This document shows, piece by piece, positions 13,401 to 22,400 of a stretch of 64,000 nt of DNA. Each line of letters opens with the position of its first letter. Within the stretch, counting starts at the first letter, position 1. The notes beneath the pieces were generated by a model, which saw nothing but the letters and a program-made list of their open reading frames with translations, was not told the DNA's origin and made no database searches. The stretch spans positions 4,582,518-4,646,517 of the forward strand of contig CAJINV010000004.1 in the NCBI GenBank assembly GCA_905178155.1, in the 5' to 3' direction. This DNA comes from Amoebophrya sp. A120 (taxonomy: Eukaryota; Protista; Dinoflagellata). The position numbers and the translations under genes were made by a program.

Positions 13401-16400
13401 ATGCATTTCCCGAAAAAGATCTTCATGAAGATGAACACAAAGTCACGACACATTCACATACAAAAGGCGGAGCAATACCTGACCCTGAAGCGTCGCAAGG
13501 ACGAGGTGGAGAAGGACAACGCGCTTTTCCAGCTTTCCGTGTTGTACCAGATGCGGTTGAAGCATGACAAGGATTTATCCTGATTAAAAACATGGTCCCC
13601 ACGTCGACCCCATAGATGGTTCTTAAGATGGACGAGACTTTGCAACACAAATTTGGGGAGTTTGATGTACACATGACAAGGTGCAGGCTGTAATGTAGTG
13701 CCTGCAGTTGTAGTATGGATTGGAAAGGGAAGCCGAATAATAATTCCACCTTTTATCGTGTTTACAGCATTACAAGTTCCAAAACACAGCTGGAAACGTT
13801 GCCTCTGAAGAACATGGGGATCATGCGCGTTTCAACTGCTTCGGTACTTCTTCTTGCAAGGCTACACTACAATTCTGGGGTGGGGAGGACGTTTTTGCCT
13901 CGGATAGGAGTTGAAGGTGGAGGAAGCTAAGTTCGAAGAATTGCGGGCCAAGTACCAAGACCAGTTTGCGAAACTGCAAGCGAAGAATGAGGAGCATGGC
14001 AAACTGGTGGTTGCACTGGGCGCGAAGCAAATCGACTACGACACGGCGAAACATAATGTCGAGAAGTGTGAGAAGGCGCTCGGGCGGCTGGCCACCGACA
14101 AAAGCAACCACGCAAAAGAAGCGCAGGAAAGGGAGCGGGAGCTGGAAAACTGCACGGAAATCAGACGTATGAATTGCAAAAGTATCGCATTCGTATAAAT
14201 GCATTACAAATTTTTGCATGATAAATAAAATTTGCAATGCTGTTAAGAAAAATATTTGTAATGCAAGACTTGCATTTTGTCGAGTGCGATACTTTTGCAC
14301 AGGATAAGACGGCAAACGGAGCACCATATCGCCTCCATCCAGGAAGGGTTGCAAATGATGGAGGGGTGTCAAATGTAAAAATGTCTGGGTCTGGAAGAAT
14401 GCGCGATTTGTCATGCAGCTTTTCCATGACCCACGAAGGAGGCTTGGAATGCAGGACCTAGCATGACAGATTCTGTGCGATCTCTCTCATGCCTATCCTG
14501 CATGAGAAACCCCCTCCCGACTTGGTCAAAACTGGACGACTTTTGGTAATCACGCAAGAACACAGATTGTTGTATGCTTCAGATTTAGCATGACAAGTTG
14601 CATTCTTCCAGACCCAGACACTCCTCCATTTGATAAGGGGCAGAAGCAAGTGGTCTTAAACGCGATGAAAAACATGGATATCACTAGGAATAAACACCCA
14701 TCCGCACCATCCAATTTGATGTCATGAAAATCATGCATCAAATCCAATGTTTCTTTGTTATGCAAAAAATAATGGATGGCGATGGGTGTTTTTTCCTGGA
14801 TACTCAAGGAAACGATGTTTACCGCCGAGGAAAGGAGGGCGTACGACCAGACGTTTGAACAGGCGGCCGCGAACACCAAGGGACTGACCACGAAAATCAA
14901 AGCCGCTTTCGAAGAGGTAGACGCTTTGGAGAAAAAGCTCGCGAATAAGCGGGCGGAAGTGGTCGACAAAAAGGAGGCTTCGACGCGGATTGACACCAAG
15001 ATTAAGCAAGTAGACACGGAGCTGAAAACAAGCCGCTATCACCTGGACGAAGCGATGGCACAAAGAGACAAGTGCACGGTATTTATAAATGTTGTAGACG
15101 GAAGTAGATGTAGATGTAGATTCAAGAGGTGATGAAGATGAATTCCTTCGTAGTCCTCGACAAGCCGACTCTATTGTTTGGAGCCCTACTTCTCAAGTTA
15201 GTTTGTCTGCTTCAAAACTTCATGAAACAACTCGAGGTATAAAGAAAAAAGAATTACAGGACGACCTGGAGAACCTCCAGCCGGGCCTGGAGGCCCTGTC
15301 CGCCACTTTAAAAGAAAAGCAAGTCGAACTGGACAAAATGGATGAGAACGAGCAAGCGGATACCCTCAGTAAAAACCTTCCACAACGGACCCGAGGGTCA
15401 AGTAGATTTTTGCAGTTCTGCAAGACATCTTTTTTTTATATAGGATTCACGCATGAAAAGCTTCTAGGTTATACAGTGTACTACTAGCCTAGCTAGTGGT
15501 CCAGATACGGCGTCGTGATGAACGGAGTCACTTAGCGCACGAAAGAATCGAAATCCCAACCACGATGAGAAACCGCCTGTTATGTAGAGCAGCGTGAGAG
15601 ATTGCATTGACGAGGTGATGCCCTCGGCAACAGCATTCAAATACGCATGGCAACTCTGGGTCGGGATGTTTTTACTCAGGTGGATAGAAGACATGGAAGT
15701 GCGCCGCGACGAGCGGGACGAAGACGTGCAGCTCAAGTGCGTCAAGAACATGATAACCCGCTTATCCTGAGTAAAAACGTACCCACACCATAGTCAAGAT
15801 GGGGAATCGGCTAGACAAATCCACAAGTTTTGGCTGTTTTGCATGACAAATTTGGATTCGTAGTGTAGTGCTGTTTGAGCTAGCTCAGCAGCATCACAGA
15901 TCTAGCATACCGTGCTGATTGGAGCATGACAAATTGCAAAACACGATTGGAAAATGCTTCTCATGGGGCTCCGCATGAGAAACATTTTCAGCATGCAGAT
16001 TTGCATACACAACTATGGGGTGGGTACGTTTTTACTCAGGATACCGCTTCCCCGGGAAGGTTTTCGGTCGTGTGTCAGACCTGTGTAAACCGACGATGCA
16101 TCAGTTCAAAACCGCCGTTACCATGTCAATTGGGCCCAAGAGATGCCAGGCGGTTGTGGTGCAGGACAAAACCACCGGGAGGAAGTGCATGGAATTTATG
16201 AAAGCCTCAGGTTGGAAATCCTCAAAGTGGAAATAATTTGTAATGCAAAAAAACGACTCCAGGCGAAGCGCCATTTCTAGTCGGCGCATGACAAATTTCC
16301 CGGGCACTCAAAACGTGTCTGTCATGCTAGTTAGGCAAAGGGGTGCCCTTCTGTCGTGCCAATCCGCAGCCCAATTCTTCACCCCTAGCAGGACAATAGT

Positions 16401-19400
16401 CGGCCTCCATTGTGTCCTCTGCAATACAGTCTTTTTTGCCTTGCATTTCATGCATCACAGATTATTTCCACTTTGAGGATTTCCATTCTGAGGCTTTCAT
16501 AGAATTTGTGCGCCAGCAGGGTCTTAGTCCGATGACGTTTTTGCCTGTTGTATCATTTGTAAAAACGTCCCCACACCATAGTTGTAATGCAGATTTGCAA
16601 AGACAGAGAGACTTGTAATGCGCATCACCTTGAGAGCCATTTCCAATCCTGTTTTGGAATTTGGGATGCTGTGAACAGGATGAGCCGATGAATCTGTGAT
16701 GCGGCTGCACTTGCTAACCTGCACTACACTGCAGAGCTCAACTTGTCATGCGTGACTCACAAAACTCCTAGGTTTGTGTTGCAAAATCCCCATCCTGACT
16801 CTGGTGTGGGTACGTTTTTACCCAGGATATGTTGAGGGAATGAACCTCGAAACACTGATTCCCGTGGACAAGGTCAAGCGGGTGAAGGACTGCAAGCCCA
16901 CACTGGACTGCGTATGCATTTTTGCGAATGTGTCTGGGTCTGAAATTTATCACACTGGTCTGACAGGAAGACTGTAGAGGTACACAGAGATAGTGATGCA
17001 TGTCTACGAAATAAAGGCTCTTTCTTTTGTCGTGAACAACTTCTCATGCTTGGCTCCTGTGCTGGGTTCATAGCATTGCAGTTTATTGTAGTTCACAGCT
17101 TAGCATGAAAAGGAAATACCCAGGAAACATGTTTGCACTGAATATTGTGTGGTCCTGAATGACAAGAAGTTCGAACCAGTATTTCGTTATCTGCTCCACA
17201 ATGCGGTCATCTGTGACACCTTGGACCTGGCGCGGCGGGTGGCGTTCGAGAACCTCAAGAAGGCGGGGCTGAAGGGAAGCATTAACATCACCTGCCTGAA
17301 TGGCACGCAGATTAACCAACGCTATCCTGAGTAAAAACGTACCCACACCAGAGTCAGGATGAGGATTTAGCAACACAAACCTAGGAGTTTTGTGAGTCAC
17401 GCATGACAAATTGCAGGCTGTATTGTAGTGCAGTTTAGCAAGGGAAGTCGCATTACAAATCCCTCTGCTCATCCTGTTCACAGCATGACAAATTCCAAAA
17501 CACGATTGGAAATGGCTCTCATGGGGATGCGCATTACAAGTCTTCCTGTCTTTGCAAATCTGCATTACAACTCTGGTGTGGGTACGTTTTTACTCAGGAT
17601 AAACGCGGAAATGTCGTCATAGACATTCGGATATGCATTGCAAAAGTATGCAATGTAAATTTCCTGTACAAACATGTACAAAATGCATGACAAATTTCGC
17701 TACCTTGCAGAGTCCAACTTGTCATGCTGGAGTAGGATTGAAGGCAAGTTTTGTCATGCAGAGACTGCATTTGTACCTGTACGGGAAATTTACTGTGGAT
17801 AAAAAGTATCGTAATCGTACTAATTGCATTTATGCATTTACAAATCTTTCTGTTAAGGCAAATCCGCATCACAAATTTATTAATTTGGAATGCTAAGCCA
17901 ATTTGTAATGCAGTTTATACTAGTACGATGCTTTTGCATTGGATATCGGGCCACGCAAGCAAGTAAGCGCGTGGTCTACAACGAAATGGAGCTGAAGCAC
18001 AAGGCGGACGAGCGCGCCGCGTTGAGGAAGGCTCAACTAGCCCTGCAGGAGCAGATCCGCGAGATGCGCGACAAGGAGCGACACGCGCGAGAGGTCAGGG
18101 ACAAGGCGGAGGCCATGATTCAGGAGGTGGACGCGCGACACAACACCAATCTCCGTGCGCTGGAAGAAATGCAGAAGCAACACCAGCCCGCGCTGCTAGG
18201 CTTGAACAGCGCCCAGACGGAAGTGGACAATTTGAAAAACACAATTGCAGACAAGAACACCGCGCGCAAAAATCTCGAGGATCAGCAGAAGAACAGTAAC
18301 AAAAAGCTGTGGGAGGAATGCTCTAAGCAGTTGGGAAAGAAAACGGCAGCGGGCGTCGTCGACGTGGTGCAATATAAACGTGAAAAGGACGACCAAATTG
18401 GGAAGTGGAAGCAGGACCTGGCGAAACTAGAAGATGGGCAGAAGGACTTCTCCAATGAGAAGCAGCAACTGTATGAAAAGTGAGAAGTACCCCCATCCCT
18501 ACCCCAAAGCTTTCATTCAAATATGTTTCTGTTTGCGTTCTTGCAGCAAACAATTTTTTGTTGTTGCGCATCCAGGTTTCGGCGATGAAAACGTTTATTT
18601 CTACTTCATCAGATTCATTCTAACTGCGCGAACAAGCTCCTACGTGGCGCGCCTCCCTTGTCCTGAGATCGCCTTTCGCAACACAGATTCGCGCTACTCT
18701 GGCTTGCGCGTTCGTAATTCTGCTACATGCAAGGCCGCGAATTTTTTCGTTGGGGGCCTTTGTAATGCAGACACTTGGCCTTTAACTTTATTCTGGGGCG
18801 GGGGCATTTCTCATTTCGATAAACAGGACCAGAAGCTGATGACACTGAACGTCGACAAACTGAAGCAGCTACGGAAGAAAAAATAAACACCTATGTAGGT
18901 GTAAGTCTGCAATGCAAGGCATTCATATTCAACAGAGCTACACTTGTCGTGCTACCTATTTATCACAGGCACAGTGCCTTGTAGTTTTCATAAATGTGTT
19001 TTTTGTTTTTCGTACTAACTGCGCATGACAGGCTTCGGCTTTCTCGTTCATGCAGAGCAATTTTTTTCGTCATGGTGCTGTCCTCTACTTCATGAAAAAA
19101 AACTAGCACCAACACGTGTTTTTTTCCTTGGATAGCTGCAGATGGAGTCCGCGCAGCAGAAATTCGATCAGGCGGCAACCATATGAAATGCAAAAGCGTC
19201 GTACTAGTATAAATCGCAGGACAAATTTCCTCAGCATTAGAAATGAAATTTGTAATATAACAGGCTCAGATGTCTAATTCAGCGAATTCCAAAAAAAAAC
19301 ATTTAGGTCGTGGAAACGCGTTGCGTTTTCAATGCTGATTCCCCCAGTAAGCTGATACAAACTGGCTACCTCATAGCTGGATAACTGTCTTGCCAGCCGC

Positions 19401-22400
19401 AAGGCAACCACCTCCCTGCGATCTAGCTGACACCACAGCTGGAATGGTTCCAAGCATCCCTTTGGAGTTGACATAGTGCCTGCTGTCGCGGTCTTTGTCT
19501 TTTTTTTGGCTTCTGCTTTCTTTTTTGTCGTACTGCTTTGGAGGAAGCTGCTCGATGAGCAGGGGCGCCAACTACGCCAAGGGGCGAAGCGCGCACGACA
19601 GCCATCTACTTCGTTTCTGCAATGGTCTTCGGCGCCTCTGCGACTTCTGCACCCCCTGCGGAGGAAATGTCGTCCCTCATTGTAAGGTTGCCGCGCTTTT
19701 GTTGGAGATTGTTTTCTTCATCTCGTGCAGCTTTCGTGAAAATTGCACAACGTAAGGAGCTTCGATCTACACCATAAGAAAGCGAAAGCTCACCACGGGC
19801 GACTGATTCCGCTCCAAAGGGATCTTCGGGGCCTCTGAGACTGCAAAGACCCTTCTCCAGAAGAAATGGCCGGCGGGGCCAGTCAGATGGCTGCCTTTCT
19901 AGGTAGACAGGACGTTGGGCGCTGGCTCGAAATGTACCAAAAGGCACCACTGCCGAACGGCCCGACTTATGGGTCTGCTTTTCCCCACCCCTTTTGTGAC
20001 CCCCATGATTTTCGCAAAGCTAGACCGGAAAAGTGGCTCCGTGCCGTTCTGATTAGGCTCATAAAGGGGCCACCCGTTTTGAGCACGAAATGGCTTCGCT
20101 TTGTTCCATTTTCGGCAACCCCCTCCTCTACCCATGATTTTCGCAAAGCTAGCCCGGAAAATTGGAAGCGTGCCGCCGTGGTTAGCCTCATAAAGAGGTC
20201 ACCAAAATGCCGCCGCTTGGTGGATGAGCTGTGATTTTCGCAAACCTAGACCAATTTTTGAACAGCATAGCATCGAGGAAAGTTTCAGAAATGTGACGCC
20301 ATTTCGGCCAGGGACTCAGGCCAGTGCCCGGACGCTTGCGGAGACGCGATCTCTGGGCAAGTTTTCGCCCGATTTTGCAATACGAACATGCCTGAGCCGA
20401 GTGCTGGCAGCGCAGGCGAAGTGCGTGGCTAATGCGCTGAATCGCGGCCAAGCACGACAAAAAGAACACCGGAAAGCGCACGGAAAGCAGCGGCCCTTGC
20501 TCCAGAGGGCACCTCTTGGGCCTCGAGACTCCAGTGGCAGCTTTGGAACAGGGGCAGCAACTTGCCGCACGCTTTTGCTCCTTTGTCCGGTTCGTTGCCT
20601 TTTTTTGTCGTGCAGTTCTTAAGAAATCTGCAGGACAAACAAACGTCGAGAATCCAAAAGGACGAGGCTGCCGGGAAATTGTGGGGCAATTGCACAGATC
20701 CATTAGGCGGCTTCCAGGCTGTGCGCAAACTAGTGCAAAGCCGGGCCTTGCGAGGGGCCAACTGGCTCAGTCCGATGTTTCCGTGACCTAAACAATTTTT
20801 TTTGAAATTCGTTGAATTAGACATCTGAGCCTGTTATATGTAATGCAGGTTTGCTTTAGGAAAGACAAGAGATTTGTGATGCATGACTCCTGCGATTAGG
20901 ATTACTACAAGTACGATGCTTATGCACAGGATAAACCAAGTACACAGAAAGGGAGAAGGAGTTGCTCGTTCTGAAGCAGTATCAACTGCAAATATGTCTG
21001 GGTCTGGGAGATTGCGAGATTTGTCATGCTAGTCCGGCATGACTCTGAAATCTGTATTGCGTGGCCGTCAAGAAGAGCTCCTCTTGTCTGTCATGCAAAA
21101 ACGCAGTTTCTCATGCGGAGTACGTAACTCAAAACCGAGGAGAAACTTGTCATTCCGAGCAGCGCACTATCACTAAGTACAGTGCGCTCACTATCCTCTT
21201 TCTTGCATCACAAGTTTCCAGACCCAGACATATTTGCATAGCATAAGCAGAAAGAAACCGACCAGCTGACAGAAAAGCAGGACATCGAGGAAAAGAAAAA
21301 CGTGGCCTACGAGGAAAAAGAGGCAATGAAAAAGGTATCCTGTGCAAAAGTATCGTACTAGTAGAAATCGCATGACAAATTTGCGTAGCATGACAAATGG
21401 AATTTCTAATGCAGATTTACCTCAGGAAGCAGATTTGTAGTGCATGATTGCTTGCAATTAGTAAGTACGAGTGCGATACTTTTGCAAAACATAAAAGGAA
21501 ACGAAAGAAGCAACGACGTTGAAGGACAAGATTCGAGAGGCTGCTGGCAAGTACTTCTCTTCCTTGTCATTTCCTCACGATGATCTTCGGTTGATTTTTC
21601 TGGATCTCCTCGCATTAGTACGGTACCTGGACGTATTAAAAAATCTCGTCTTGGCATCCTGCTACTCAATTTCCTCAGTCAATTATATCATCGACGTACT
21701 ACTAGTCAACAGACGAGGAATGATGCTCTTGTTGCTGTTTATGTTCATCCCGTTGATTGTTGAAAAAAGTCAAAGTGCAAACTAGATCTTTCCTTCGTTT
21801 GAGTGTACTCAGACTCCTAATAATCTCAAATTACATATGATATCAAGAAAAAGAAAAGCCCTCGCGGCATGATCTAATATAACAGAGCCGCCAACGAGAA
21901 GAAAAAAACCGAGATATCCTATGGAAAAACGTCCCCAGCGCCCCATAGTCAAGATGGAAAATCGGCTAGACAAATCCACAAACTTTGGCTGTTTTGCAGG
22001 ACAAATTTGGACTCGTAGTGTAGCTAGTGTAGTTGCAGGTACTCCAGCAGCGTCTCAGATTTGGTCCATCATGCTGATTGGAGCATGACAAATTCCAAAA
22101 CACTACTAGAAGGCGCTTCTCTCAGGGCTCCGCATGAGAAACATTCTCAGCATGCAGATTTGCATTACAGCTATGGGGTGGGGACGTTTTTCAATACGAT
22201 ACGAGAAGAAGGCGCTTGACATGGTCGGCGAGTTCATTAAAGATGGGATCGAGGTTCCAGTAAAACCGTTCCCGCCAGTAGTGTATGCATTGCAAAACCA
22301 TTGTACTAGTATAAGTCGCAATACAAATATTGCCAAGAGAAAAAATGCGATTTGTAGTGTTGTTTTCCCATAAGCCATAGATCTGTCATGCATGCCTGCG

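Noticed and set aside
18480-18826. Canonical GTGAG...CAG intron
   Set aside because: It gives a frameshift and immediate stops; the TIR model 18472-18821 restores the frame.
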